From the IMG/VR virus record IMGVR_UViG_3300049783_001162: 64,000 nucleotides of DNA. One strand, written 5' to 3'. Every line of letters starts with the position of its first letter. The first letter of the stretch is position 1. Positions 30,056 through 39,916 of this stretch are shown piece by piece. The stretch comes from an uncultured virus (IMG/VR IMGVR_UViG_3300049783_001162). Lineage: Duplodnaviria > Heunggongvirae > Uroviricota > Caudoviricetes. The position numbers and the translations under genes were made by a program. The notes under the pieces were generated by a model. That model did no database searches, had not been told where the DNA came from, and worked only from the letters and a program-made list of their open reading frames with translations.

Positions 30056-30863
30056 TGATATAATCCTCTATGGTTGTCCATTCCATCTTTACAACAGAAT
30101 TTAATTTTTTTAGATTTGCACACGTATATTTTTGATATTGTGCTTTTAAATTTTCAGGCATTGGTATATATTGCAAATCAGCAGCATACTTGCGGGCAAT
30201 TGCTTTTCCTACGGTATCGAAGCTAACAGCAGTTCCTGTGCCGATATTAAATATGCCTGTGGTGTTTGCATCAAACATGAGTTCGTGTACTCGACATATG
30301 TCTTCTACACAAACAAAATCTCTTTTAAAATATTCACTACCTTCGAATAGTGTTACTATACCAGTGCCTGTTGCTTGTTGTACAAACTTGGTATACGGGC
30401 TTGCTTGGTCGCCTTTGTGCTGCTCTCCTGGACCGTATGCATTAAAGTATCGAAATCCTTGTATTAAAATTTGCCAATCGTTAGCATGTTCAATAACATA
30501 CCTGTCAAACAAATACTTTGACCAAGCATAAGGACTTTGCGGCAACAACGCACCGTCTTCGGTAAAATGAATTGTAGGGCCGTATACACTTGCACTTGAT
30601 GCATATTGCAAATTGGTTCCTGTTTGGTTGCAACGATGCGCAAGCTCTACACTGAAATCAAAGTTTTGTTTGAGTATTTGATCAACATTTGTGTATGTAG
30701 TACTACTGATAGCACCAGTGTGTATACACCAGTCATATCCTTGTGTAGACGGAAAACTTTCAGAGTGCCACTCCCACCCGTCTACAGTGTGCCCAAGAGC
30801 GTGTAAGTGATGCACTAGATTATGACCAATAAACCCGTGGTGTCCGGTAACTAATATTTTCAT
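30039..30863 (-). CDS. hldD: ADP-L-glycero-D-manno-heptose 6-epimerase
   Basis: VTGHHGFIG, GAISSTT, YASSASVYG, YAWSK, FRYFNAYG..EQHKG, RDFVCVED, YQKYTCAN. Confidence 0.9.
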   Translation of the reverse strand: MKILVTGHHGFIGHNLVHHLHALGHTVDGWEWHSESFPSTQGYDWCIHTGAISSTTYTNVDQILKQNFDFSVELAHRCNQTGTNLQYASSASVYGPTIHFTEDGALLPQSPYAWSKYLFDRYVIEHANDWQILIQGFRYFNAYGPGEQHKGDQASPYTKFVQQATGTGIVTLFEGSEYFKRDFVCVEDICRVHELMFDANTTGIFNIGTGTAVSFDTVGKAIARKYAADLQYIPMPENLKAQYQKYTCANLKKLNSVVKMEWTTIEDYINGTTN

Positions 30864-32002
30864 TTGCTTGCTTCTATGATGCTGGTAGTAGAATAACTTT
30901 CAACAGTGTTTACAATATGAACTGGGGCCAAGTCGTTTCCTACAACTTGCTCTACAGTATAATCGCCGCCTTTGACAATTAGGTTAGGCTGCAATTTCTT
31001 AATTAACTCATATGGAGTATCTTCGTCAAAAACTATCACTTCGTCTATCCACGGAAGTATTTCCAACTGTGCAATGCGCTTCTTGACATTGTTGATCGGA
31101 CGGCTGTCTCCTTTGAGACGTTTTACACTTGCATCACTGTTAATACCGACAATTAACTTTTCGCCTCGACTCTTTGCTTCTTGAAATAATTCAAAATGCC
31201 CAGTATGCATAATATCAAATACTCCGTTGGTAAAAACTATTCTATCTTCTAGGTCTTTGTTTTCAAGTATGTATGTTCCTGCATGTTTAACAGACTCAGA
31301 TGATCCCTTGACTGCCATTTCCAACGCTGCTTGATAATCTTTGTTGCGGGTGAGCGCATACACAAATGCTGCAAGGAAACAGTCGCCTGCTCCGGTTACA
31401 TCGTTGACTGCTATTGGCGCAACGGGTATATCATATACTACATCATCGATGTTGGCAATTACATTCTTGAACGAATCAGTTACAATAATATTATCGCGCC
31501 AATCTAGAAAGTTGTATTGACTAAATTCTTTTGCATTGGGCTTTACCAACCACGCACCAGCAAATCCATCTGCTGGACCTTTTGGATCTACAATAACACG
31601 ACATCCAAATGAGTTTATGTGTTTGATAATTTCGAGACTTTCATCTAGAGTGCCTTTGTCATAATCGCTTAAAATCACGTAAGTGTATTCGTCAAAGTCC
31701 ATCGACAGTACGTAAGTAAGAAACTCATTTCCGTTAACAATATGATCATTGTCAATGCGTGTGACATAATGCCCGTCACAAATTACTCTAGTCTTTATAC
31801 TCTTTTGTGGAAAGTAATCTAGTAGTGTAACGTCTACTCCTAGATTTTTAAGGTTGTTGTAGACTAGACCAGCGCCACCAACAGTTTCAACTTCGTGTTG
31901 ATATGTAACAATAGGAACAGGTGCTTCCGGACTTAGTCTACTAGCAGTGCCGTAGAGGTACCTATCAATTATTATATCGCCTAGAACTAATACTTTTATC
32001 AT
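30860..32002 (-). CDS. hldE: Bifunctional heptose kinase / adenylyltransferase
   Basis: RLSPEAPVP, LSDYDKG, DVTGAGD (PfkB) fused to FTNGVFDIMHTGH, NSDASVKRLKG..RP, VKGGDY. Confidence 0.92.
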   Translation of the reverse strand: MIKVLVLGDIIIDRYLYGTASRLSPEAPVPIVTYQHEVETVGGAGLVYNNLKNLGVDVTLLDYFPQKSIKTRVICDGHYVTRIDNDHIVNGNEFLTYVLSMDFDEYTYVILSDYDKGTLDESLEIIKHINSFGCRVIVDPKGPADGFAGAWLVKPNAKEFSQYNFLDWRDNIIVTDSFKNVIANIDDVVYDIPVAPIAVNDVTGAGDCFLAAFVYALTRNKDYQAALEMAVKGSSESVKHAGTYILENKDLEDRIVFTNGVFDIMHTGHFELFQEAKSRGEKLIVGINSDASVKRLKGDSRPINNVKKRIAQLEILPWIDEVIVFDEDTPYELIKKLQPNLIVKGGDYTVEQVVGNDLAPVHIVNTVESYSTTSIIEASK

Positions 32003-32008
32003 AATCTT

Positions 32009-32037
32009 ATTATACGGTTAAATTGCTGAATTGTCAA
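32009..32037 (-). promoter_or_regulatory. Consensus sigma70 promoter giving leaderless hldE mRNA
   Basis: Minus strand TTGACA-17 bp-TATAAT; ATG at 32002 is 7 nt after the -10. Confidence 0.85.
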
Positions 32038-32464
32038 GAAGATTGATAATTTGGAATACAGTTTCTAGTTTATTTAAATTTATTTTACTCTGCAAAGTTT
32101 TCTTTAATCCTGAATGTAAAGGCGCAGGCCACTTTTTAAAACTTGTCCAGCAATACCCGTCGTGCTCGTGATTCAATATTGGGATAAACTCATTTTCTAT
32201 CACACACAAATATGTGTGAAAGCTAAAATGATCATCATTGCTGACAAACGTTTCTAGTGGAATAGTTTTCTTGATATCCGGAATAGTTCCAATTTCTTCT
32301 TGAATTTCTCTTCGCAGACCCTCCCACGGAGTTTCTTTTTCTTCGTTAGTTCCACCGACTAATCCCCAGACATTATTTTGCTTACTCTGGGTTCGATGAA
32401 GTAATAAAAATCTGTTGGTATCTAATGTGTAGAATAGGGCGCCTGAGCATACAATCTTTTTCAT
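32018..32464 (-). CDS. NUDIX hydrolase
   Basis: Nudix box GGTNEEKETPWEGLRREIQEEIG. Confidence 0.9.
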   Translation of the reverse strand: MKKIVCSGALFYTLDTNRFLLLHRTQSKQNNVWGLVGGTNEEKETPWEGLRREIQEEIGTIPDIKKTIPLETFVSNDDHFSFHTYLCVIENEFIPILNHEHDGYCWTSFKKWPAPLHSGLKKTLQSKINLNKLETVFQIINLLDNSAI

Positions 32465-32472
32465 ACTAATAG

Positions 32473-33966
32473 TTAGCCATCTAAGTACAGCATCCAGGTT
32501 CCTCCTGAATACTCACCTTCGAACGACTTAATCCATCCTTCGGTTGTCCACTTGTATTGTATACCGGTGTTGAGGTTACGGGTGTAAATAGGATCAGTTG
32601 CACTACTTGCATCAAATATAATAGACCAATCTGAGCCGCTCCATTCAACAATATCTCCTTCGTCTGCTACAAAGTCTGTATTGTCGGTGTTTTTCCATGC
32701 AGTTGCACCGTTTGCATTTACTACATCCCCGATGTTATCAAGCAGTAGCAATCTCAATCCTGGTATTAGTCTGTCTTGCGGGTTCCAGCGCAGCGGGTCG
32801 ATAATGAAATCAATTGTTGTTCTTTCGTTACCATCAAACCCGGTTAATGCAGTGTTTGATGGAATAGTATCAGTATCCCATGTAATGTCAAGTTTTGTTT
32901 CATCTGTGCTGTCAATTTCAATGCTACCGATTACATACAGTCCTTGCTCGACTGTTTTAAGTCTAATCTGACTAATGCCTGCTTGATATGTTCCTGGATG
33001 CACATCCATCAACGACTTCCATGATACGGTTCCTATAGCAGAGCCGTCTACAAGCATTGCAGTATCGTTTACTACATACGCTCCGTAGTCCTGATATGTA
33101 GTACTAAACCTAACTGCTGCACCTTTGTCCGAAGCAGGACTACGGCTAGTGTTAACATCAACTTGACCGCTACCAACATTAGGAAATTCTCCGTTGTCAA
33201 CAGTTGTAGAAATGTTGCCGCTGCTATCTACAAAACTTGATTTTTCTTGTAAGGTTAAATCTCCAATTCCGGCTAAGTCGAGTTCGAGATTATCGCTGAC
33301 ATCTGCAAGAACGCTTGTAATAATATTTGTAACCACTCCTAGGCGTTTGACTTTGGCAGGCGGTGAAATATATATAGGTGTATTAAAGTTTAACGTAGCA
33401 ACGTCAATATCGCTTTCGGTGCCCACTGGCATAGTTCTATTACTAAATTCAACTCTTTCTAAATTAACTACGCTCAAACTTGTCCAATCAAGATAATTAT
33501 CAGACGTTTGTATTTCCAAACTTGGGTTGAACAACATTAATATTTGTTCTAAAATTTGTAGCTTCTGATCAGTGTTGCTCGACCAAATATCCACATTCAG
33601 TGTTAGTGTGTACGGAGTTGGCATAAGTCGTTCCACTGTGTAGTTTTTGCCCTGAGTGTTTAGATATTCTTTCCCATCAACATCAAATGCTTGTTCTCGA
33701 ATATTTACTTTGCTTACAAAACTAGAATCGCTTGTACGTGAACGATCAATGTCCAGTCCTGTGATATACACACTCATACGCGGAACACTAATTAATTTGT
33801 TTTCGCTATTTTCTTTTATAATTGATGCAACTTGTCGAGTCATGTCACCATACATAACAGGAATTTGTTTTATGTCTCCGCTGCCATTTTTCCAATAGAA
33901 GTTGCTCATCAAGCGCATTACTTGAGTAAGATATCTTTTTACCTGTCCGTCATAAAAATGATTCAT
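32473..33966 (-). CDS. gp15: Tail terminator / sheath stabiliser (T4 gp15-like) with C-terminal extension
   Basis: HFYD.Q..RY, IPVMYG, PRMS, MPTPY.L, QILEQILMLFNP; next to neck genes. Confidence 0.75.
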   Translation of the reverse strand: MNHFYDGQVKRYLTQVMRLMSNFYWKNGSGDIKQIPVMYGDMTRQVASIIKENSENKLISVPRMSVYITGLDIDRSRTSDSSFVSKVNIREQAFDVDGKEYLNTQGKNYTVERLMPTPYTLTLNVDIWSSNTDQKLQILEQILMLFNPSLEIQTSDNYLDWTSLSVVNLERVEFSNRTMPVGTESDIDVATLNFNTPIYISPPAKVKRLGVVTNIITSVLADVSDNLELDLAGIGDLTLQEKSSFVDSSGNISTTVDNGEFPNVGSGQVDVNTSRSPASDKGAAVRFSTTYQDYGAYVVNDTAMLVDGSAIGTVSWKSLMDVHPGTYQAGISQIRLKTVEQGLYVIGSIEIDSTDETKLDITWDTDTIPSNTALTGFDGNERTTIDFIIDPLRWNPQDRLIPGLRLLLLDNIGDVVNANGATAWKNTDNTDFVADEGDIVEWSGSDWSIIFDASSATDPIYTRNLNTGIQYKWTTEGWIKSFEGEYSGGTWMLYLDG

Positions 33967-35120
33967 TAATTGTCTGCCTTTGGTCTAAGCGCCTTTGACA
34001 AGCTCTGTCTTTCTTCAACTTGATCACCGCCGATTGTGCTAACAGTTGTGTTGTTAATAAACGAAGTTTTTTGAGTTTGTCTATCGCTAGTGTTTGTTAA
34101 TGTGTGTCTTACATTGTCCTCTATTTTTGCCCACGACGATCCGTTAAATCTATACAATCTGTTTGGCATAAAGTCTGTGCGCAAAATATAGTCACCCTCT
34201 GTGCCATTTGTAGGAAATTCTCCGCCTACTCCAAAGTATTCTCCATTAGGAGCCAGTCCGTCACCTAATAAATATCCGCAGTATCCTGATCGTTCCGGCG
34301 ACATACTTATTCTGTCAACCATTAAACTAGAGCTAGCGTCAATGGTAGACATGTCAACTGTAATTAGTTCAGGTTTACCATCTTTGTCAACTTGTAATGT
34401 ATAAAAATGACTAGTGTCGTATCCACTTAGTTTTGCGTCAGCTTCGGCCTGACCAATAATTGCATTATTAATTTTCATGTCGGTTCCGTATGTGCTTAGA
34501 ACATCACCTAGTGTGTCAGTAGTGCCTTCGCCAACTGGCATACTGAGAATATCTTCGTATTCCTGGCTGGCTGTAATTTGTTTTAACTTTAATCTATAAA
34601 GGTGCGGATACCAAGTCTGACTGTAACCTTCGCTGGCTCTTGTAACTTCTTCGACAACATAGAATCTTTTTAGCGCCACTGAATAATCATTTAGTGCATA
34701 TTCGTCCTCAAGGTGTGGCAGTTCTACAACATCGCCAGCAATGATTTTTCTTCCAATTGTCTTTACAGAACCGTTGATGTGAATAGTCACATACAGTATG
34801 TCATTTGACAAAAACAAACCAAATTGACTTAAATTAAAGTCATTGTCGGACACATTGTACACAGCTCGTATTCTGTAAACATCAGTGTCGTATTTTCGAT
34901 CTCTATTTTCTAGAAAAACAAAATCTTGAATATTAAACGGACTGTCGACATCATATGCCGGCGCGCCTGGCGTAGCAGCTTCTTCAGTAGGAGTCTTTGG
35001 ACCTAAATATTTGTAGATATGTAAGTCGGTCCCTCCAATTGCAAATTGTTCATAGATAATCCTATCTATAAATTCGTAGTCTTTGGTTTTTTCGGGTCTA
35101 TATAAACTGAGTCTTGGCAT
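33966..35120 (-). CDS. gp14: Neck protein (T4 gp14-like)
   Basis: LSQFGLFL, AGDVVELPH; position between gp13- and gp15-like genes. Confidence 0.65.
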   Translation of the reverse strand: MPRLSLYRPEKTKDYEFIDRIIYEQFAIGGTDLHIYKYLGPKTPTEEAATPGAPAYDVDSPFNIQDFVFLENRDRKYDTDVYRIRAVYNVSDNDFNLSQFGLFLSNDILYVTIHINGSVKTIGRKIIAGDVVELPHLEDEYALNDYSVALKRFYVVEEVTRASEGYSQTWYPHLYRLKLKQITASQEYEDILSMPVGEGTTDTLGDVLSTYGTDMKINNAIIGQAEADAKLSGYDTSHFYTLQVDKDGKPELITVDMSTIDASSSLMVDRISMSPERSGYCGYLLGDGLAPNGEYFGVGGEFPTNGTEGDYILRTDFMPNRLYRFNGSSWAKIEDNVRHTLTNTSDRQTQKTSFINNTTVSTIGGDQVEERQSLSKALRPKADN

Positions 35121-35147
35121 ACAGATATTTATCGTATAAATACTGTA
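35120..35147. promoter_or_regulatory. Back-to-back late promoters in a quasi-palindrome
   Basis: tacag-a-tatttat-cgt-ataaata-ctgta between divergent gp14 and gp13 genes. Confidence 0.75.
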
Positions 35148-35157
35148 GGAGACAAAA

Positions 35158-35922
35158 ATGGCAGATTATGATTTAACTACACAAAAACAAGAAGTATTTG
35201 ACTACGTTTATGATATGCTAGGTGGCGGCATGGTGGACGTTGAATTAGAACCAAGAAATTACAACAGCGCACTGAGTAGAGCACTGGCCCGATACAGACA
35301 AAAGTCTGATCACAGCGTCGAAGAAAGCTATGTGTCATTGCAACTAGTCGAAGATCAAAACGAATACATTATGCCACATGAAATAATGGAAGTACGACAG
35401 ATATTTAGAAGAAGTGTAGGATCTCGCAGCGGCGGCGGCGACGGCAGCAGCATATTCGATCCATTCAACTTGGCATATACCAACACATATTTAATGGCTG
35501 GCTCAGGAATGGGCGGCCTTGCAACCTACGAATTGTTTGCACAGAAACAAGAGTTGCTTGCGCGAATGTTTGGCGGAGCAATGGAGTTCAAGTGGAATAA
35601 TACAACTAAGAAACTAACCATGCTTTCTCGTCCAAGAGGCGACGAAATTGTGTTGATATACGTTTATAACCATCGTCCTGACAGTCAATTATTGCAGGAC
35701 TATTTGGCAAACCAATGGATCAAAGATTACACATTGGCTACTTGTAAATACATGTTAGGCGAAGCACGCGAAAAGTTTGCTACCATTGCTGGTCCACAAG
35801 GCGGAACCAGCTTAAATGGAGGAAGCCTCAAGGGCGAAGCCCAGGCAGAAATGGAAAAGTTAGACAACGAGGCAATCCTAGCAGTGTCCGGCGGCAAGGG
35901 ATACGGATTTCTAATCGGATAA
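35158..35922 (+). CDS. gp13: Neck protein (T4 gp13-like)
   Basis: LGGGMVDVEL, WIKDYTLA.CK..LGEAREKF..I.GPQGG..LNG. Confidence 0.8.
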   Translation: MADYDLTTQKQEVFDYVYDMLGGGMVDVELEPRNYNSALSRALARYRQKSDHSVEESYVSLQLVEDQNEYIMPHEIMEVRQIFRRSVGSRSGGGDGSSIFDPFNLAYTNTYLMAGSGMGGLATYELFAQKQELLARMFGGAMEFKWNNTTKKLTMLSRPRGDEIVLIYVYNHRPDSQLLQDYLANQWIKDYTLATCKYMLGEAREKFATIAGPQGGTSLNGGSLKGEAQAEMEKLDNEAILAVSGGKGYGFLIG

Positions 35923-35925
35923 CGG

Positions 35926-35954
35926 TTGACAAAACCTCCTAGATCCTTTATAAT
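35926..35954 (+). promoter_or_regulatory. Consensus sigma70 promoter
   Basis: TTGACA-17 bp-TATAAT upstream of the kinase gene. Confidence 0.85.
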
Positions 35955-35973
35955 AATAAAAAAGGATAAATGA

Positions 35974-36525
35974 ATGTTTGGCAAGTTTAAATCAAAACCT
36001 GTACTCCCTAGGTTATTAGTAATTGGCCACGGCCGCCACGGCAAAGACACAGTATGTGAAATCCTTAGAGATGAGTTTGGGTACAGTTTTAAGAGCAGTA
36101 GTAAATTTTGCAGCGAACTGTTTATATTTGATAATCTAAAGGACAAGTACGGATATGATAATGAAGATGAGTGTTATGCCGGCCGCCACGATCACAGAGC
36201 AGAATGGTATGATGCTATCTGCGATTATAATGTTCCTGATGCAGCTCGACTGGGTAGAGACATTTTTGAAAAACATGGAATTTATTGTGGGTTGAGAAAC
36301 AAGAAAGAATTCTTTGCTATGCAAAATTCTCGTGTGTATGATTATGCTATCTGGGTAGATAGATCTGAGCATCTTCCATTAGAACCAAAAACTTCAATGA
36401 GTTTAGAACAGTGGATGTCGGATTTTACTATTGACAACAATGGTAGCATAGAAGATTTAAAATTTAATGTCAGGCAATTTATAAATGCAAAGACAGGCGG
36501 GCATGGGAGAGATATATGGATTTAA
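35974..36525 (+). CDS. Deoxynucleoside monophosphate kinase-like P-loop protein
   Basis: IGHGRHGKDTV P-loop; D.TIDNNGS C-terminal motif. Confidence 0.75.
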   Translation: MFGKFKSKPVLPRLLVIGHGRHGKDTVCEILRDEFGYSFKSSSKFCSELFIFDNLKDKYGYDNEDECYAGRHDHRAEWYDAICDYNVPDAARLGRDIFEKHGIYCGLRNKKEFFAMQNSRVYDYAIWVDRSEHLPLEPKTSMSLEQWMSDFTIDNNGSIEDLKFNVRQFINAKTGGHGRDIWI

Positions 36526-36558
36526 CTGCTAGTTTAATGGGCTAAAAACTACCTTTTT

Positions 36559-36597
36559 CTATGGATCTGCTAAATAATATTAACAACAGATCCATAG
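36559..36597 (+). promoter_or_regulatory. 11-bp inverted repeat with TAAATA in the loop, upstream of the sheath gene
   Basis: ctatggatctg (36559-36569) / cagatccatag (36587-36597); TAAATA at 36571-36576. Confidence 0.7.
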
Positions 36598-36610
36598 GGG
36601 AAAAAATACA

Positions 36611-39600
36611 ATGGCATTAGTATCATCAGGTGTACAAGTTTCAGTTATCGACGAGAGCTTTTATACTCCGTCAGAACCGGGTACAACCCCGCTGATTTTT
36701 ATAGCAACAACTGAAAACAAATCAAATCCGGGCGGAACCGGGATTGCACCAGGAACATTGGCAGCAAACGCCGAAAAGGTTTATCTAGTAAGTTCACAAA
36801 GAGAACTTTCAGAGACGTTCGGCGACGCAAGATTTTATACTGATTTAAATAACAACCCAATACACGGTGGTGAACAAAACGAATACGGGCTGCAAGCTGC
36901 TTATTCGTTTTTAGGTGTGTCAAATAGAGCGTATGTAGTAAGAGCAAATATTGATCTTTCATCATTGGATGCAAGTGCAGAAGAAACTGCTGGCAAGCCA
37001 ACAAACGGCGCATATTGGTTTGACACCAATGATACAAATTATGGAATCTTTGAGTGGAATGCTGCTCCTGCAAGTACAACCAATGGTCAAAGCTTTTCAA
37101 ACAAACTTCCATTAGTAATTACTGATACTACTAAAGTCGTTGACTTTACTGGCGAAGATTACACACCAAAAGGCAGTGTTGGTGCAGTTGGCGAATATGC
37201 TATTGTAGCAGTTACAAATATTAACAAACTTTGGTATAAAGCAGCAAGCGGCACATGGCACGAAGTTGGATCAACTGGATGGGTTGGAAGTATTCCAGCA
37301 GTTGTCGGTACTGCTACTGCTAATGTTGTTGATTTAGAAGACTTTACAATCAACGGCAATACTGTTACAGTCAGCGGAACAGTAGTTGCGGATTTTGTTA
37401 CACAGCTTAATGCTCTTACAGACATTGCAGCTGAACTAGTAAACAGCAGACTTGTAATTTCAGTTACAGGAGCGCCCGGCGCAGATCTTGTAATTACCGG
37501 AGATACAGCATTGCTGGATGCAATCGGAATACCGGCTGCTACATACACATTACCAAGATTAACAATTGCACCTCACACACAAGTACCTCAGTATAAAACT
37601 GGCGGCATAAGTGTTAGCCCAAGTGGCAGCATCTGGTTAAAAACAACATCACCTAACTTAGGGGCAAACTGGAATGTTAAAGTTTACAATTCAGCAACAG
37701 ATGCATGGACTGCAATACCGGCCACAATCCACGCAACAAATCACGCAGCATTATTTGCACTTGACCAAACTGGCGGCGGAACAAACGTTTCCGAAGGTGC
37801 GCTGTACATTCAAAGCAATACTTCCGAGGCAGCAACACCGCTCGGCTCATTTAAGATTTTCCGTAAAAATAGCAGCGGCCCAGTTTCGATTGTCAGCGCT
37901 AAGGTAAATGCTCAGCTAACTGCATCAACATATACGTTTGAAATTCGAGAGAGTGTAGTCGGACAGGCTGCATTGTCCGGAGTAACATCGGTATCCTTTA
38001 CAGCACTAGGTGAACCTACTGACGCAGACGTACTAGCAAATGAAATTAATTCAGCTGGCCTAACTTATGTTACTGCTGGTGTTGACAGTCAGAACCGTGT
38101 TGTAATTAGTCACAGTACTGGCGGAGAAATACGTATAACTGATACTGCCGCAGGACTGGCTAAAATCTTTACAGTGTTTGATAATACTAATTCAGCATCA
38201 ACTCTTAATTTTTACAGCGACCCAATTGCAGCGAATGCATACATAGTATCGCACTGGAAGGGATTAAACTACACTGCAAGTGTAGGAGAACCGACTACAA
38301 CACCAGCAGATGGTGCATTGTGGTATAGCAGTATTATTGACGAAGTTGATATGATGTATCACAACGGCACAACATGGGTTGGATATGCAGACGTTAATGC
38401 GTTTCCGGATGCAAATACATCCGGACCACTTGTATCGGCATCTGCTCCACTTTTGCAATCTGACAACTCTGCATTAGAAGAAGGCGATCTTTGGATATCA
38501 ACAGCTGACATTGAAAACTTCCCAATCATCTATCGTCGTACTGCTGCTGGCGCATGGGACTTAATAGACAGCACTGATCAAACTAGTGAAAATGGCATAC
38601 TATTTGCAGATGCACGTTACAACACGGCTGGTAAAAACAGTAATGTTGCAGGAGATATTAGTGAAATGATGTCGAGCAACTACCTGGACCCAGATGCACC
38701 AGACCCAGCATTGTACCCACAAGGCATGTTGCTTTGGAACCTTCGTAGAAGCGGATTTAATGTTAAGCGTTTTGAAAGAGACTATATTGATGTAAACGAT
38801 CTAAACACTAGATTCCAAGCTGCTGGTGTAGACGAATCAATGGCAGCCTACGCTGCTGATCGTTGGGTTACTGAAAGTTCTAACAATGCAGACGGATCCG
38901 GAAGTTTTGGTCGTAATGCGCAACGCAAGGTAATTGTACAAAAACTACAATCTGTGGTCAACAGCAGTGAAGATGCACGCGACGACGAATCACGTATTTT
39001 TAACTTGATTGCAACTCCAGGGTATCCCGAACTAATTGGCGAAATGATCAACTTAAACTTTGATAGAGGATTAACATCGTTTGTTATCGGTGACAGTCCA
39101 CTCAGACTAAAGCCAACTACAACAGAACTTAACAACTGGGCAACAAACGTTAACCTAGCAGTCGAAGACAATGACAGAGGCTTGGTAAGCAGAGATGAAT
39201 ACATGGGTGTTTACTATCCTGGAGGATTCACAAGTGATAATTCCGGCAACAACATTGTGGTTCCAGCAAGTCATATGGTACTAAGAACATTTGCACTAAA
39301 TGACCAAGTTGCATATCCATGGTTTGCACCAGCTGGTACACGACGCGGCGGAGTTTCCAATGCAACAGCAGCAGGATACATCAGCAGTGAAGGTGAATTT
39401 GTAAGTATTGCACTAAACGAAGGACAACGAGACACATTGCAATTAAACAATGTTAATCCGATTACCTTCTTAAATGGTGCAGGTCTTGTTATATTTGGCC
39501 AAAAGACTCGCGCAAGAAATGCAAGTTCGCTGGACAGAGTTAACGTTGCTAGATTGGTAATATATTTACGTAGTCAATTGAAGCAAGTTGCAAAGCCATA

Positions 39601-39850
39601 TATCTATGAGCCAAACGACAAACTCACACGCGACGAACTCAAGCAGCAAGTTGAAAGCTTGATGGTTGAATTGGTTAGCTTAAGAGCGCTGTATGACTTC
39701 CTTGTGGTGTGTGACGAATCAAACAACACACCTGCAAGAATTGATAGAGGTGAGTTGTATGTTGATATTGCAATCGAACCTGTTAAGGCAGTAGAATTCA
39801 TCTACATTCCACTACGTTTGAAGAACACAGGGGAAATTTCAGGTCTATAA
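36611..39850 (+). CDS. gp18: Tail sheath protein (gp18-like) with large insertions
   Basis: MALVSSGVQVSVIDES, PWFAPAGTRRG, NPITF, GQKT, LDRVNVARL, IAIEPVKAVEFIYIP. Confidence 0.95.
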   Translation: MALVSSGVQVSVIDESFYTPSEPGTTPLIFIATTENKSNPGGTGIAPGTLAANAEKVYLVSSQRELSETFGDARFYTDLNNNPIHGGEQNEYGLQAAYSFLGVSNRAYVVRANIDLSSLDASAEETAGKPTNGAYWFDTNDTNYGIFEWNAAPASTTNGQSFSNKLPLVITDTTKVVDFTGEDYTPKGSVGAVGEYAIVAVTNINKLWYKAASGTWHEVGSTGWVGSIPAVVGTATANVVDLEDFTINGNTVTVSGTVVADFVTQLNALTDIAAELVNSRLVISVTGAPGADLVITGDTALLDAIGIPAATYTLPRLTIAPHTQVPQYKTGGISVSPSGSIWLKTTSPNLGANWNVKVYNSATDAWTAIPATIHATNHAALFALDQTGGGTNVSEGALYIQSNTSEAATPLGSFKIFRKNSSGPVSIVSAKVNAQLTASTYTFEIRESVVGQAALSGVTSVSFTALGEPTDADVLANEINSAGLTYVTAGVDSQNRVVISHSTGGEIRITDTAAGLAKIFTVFDNTNSASTLNFYSDPIAANAYIVSHWKGLNYTASVGEPTTTPADGALWYSSIIDEVDMMYHNGTTWVGYADVNAFPDANTSGPLVSASAPLLQSDNSALEEGDLWISTADIENFPIIYRRTAAGAWDLIDSTDQTSENGILFADARYNTAGKNSNVAGDISEMMSSNYLDPDAPDPALYPQGMLLWNLRRSGFNVKRFERDYIDVNDLNTRFQAAGVDESMAAYAADRWVTESSNNADGSGSFGRNAQRKVIVQKLQSVVNSSEDARDDESRIFNLIATPGYPELIGEMINLNFDRGLTSFVIGDSPLRLKPTTTELNNWATNVNLAVEDNDRGLVSRDEYMGVYYPGGFTSDNSGNNIVVPASHMVLRTFALNDQVAYPWFAPAGTRRGGVSNATAAGYISSEGEFVSIALNEGQRDTLQLNNVNPITFLNGAGLVIFGQKTRARNASSLDRVNVARLVIYLRSQLKQVAKPYIYEPNDKLTRDELKQQVESLMVELVSLRALYDFLVVCDESNNTPARIDRGELYVDIAIEPVKAVEFIYIPLRLKNTGEISGL

Positions 39851-39854
39851 GAAA

Positions 39855-39885
39855 TTGGGGGTTTGAAATATAACCCCCACTTTTG
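39855..39885 (+). terminator. Probable terminator after sheath gene
   Basis: gggggtt...aaccccc followed by a T-run; TAAATA immediately downstream. Confidence 0.65.
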
Positions 39886-39916
39886 ATAAATACTTGTAAC
39901 AAGGAGTTAATAACAC

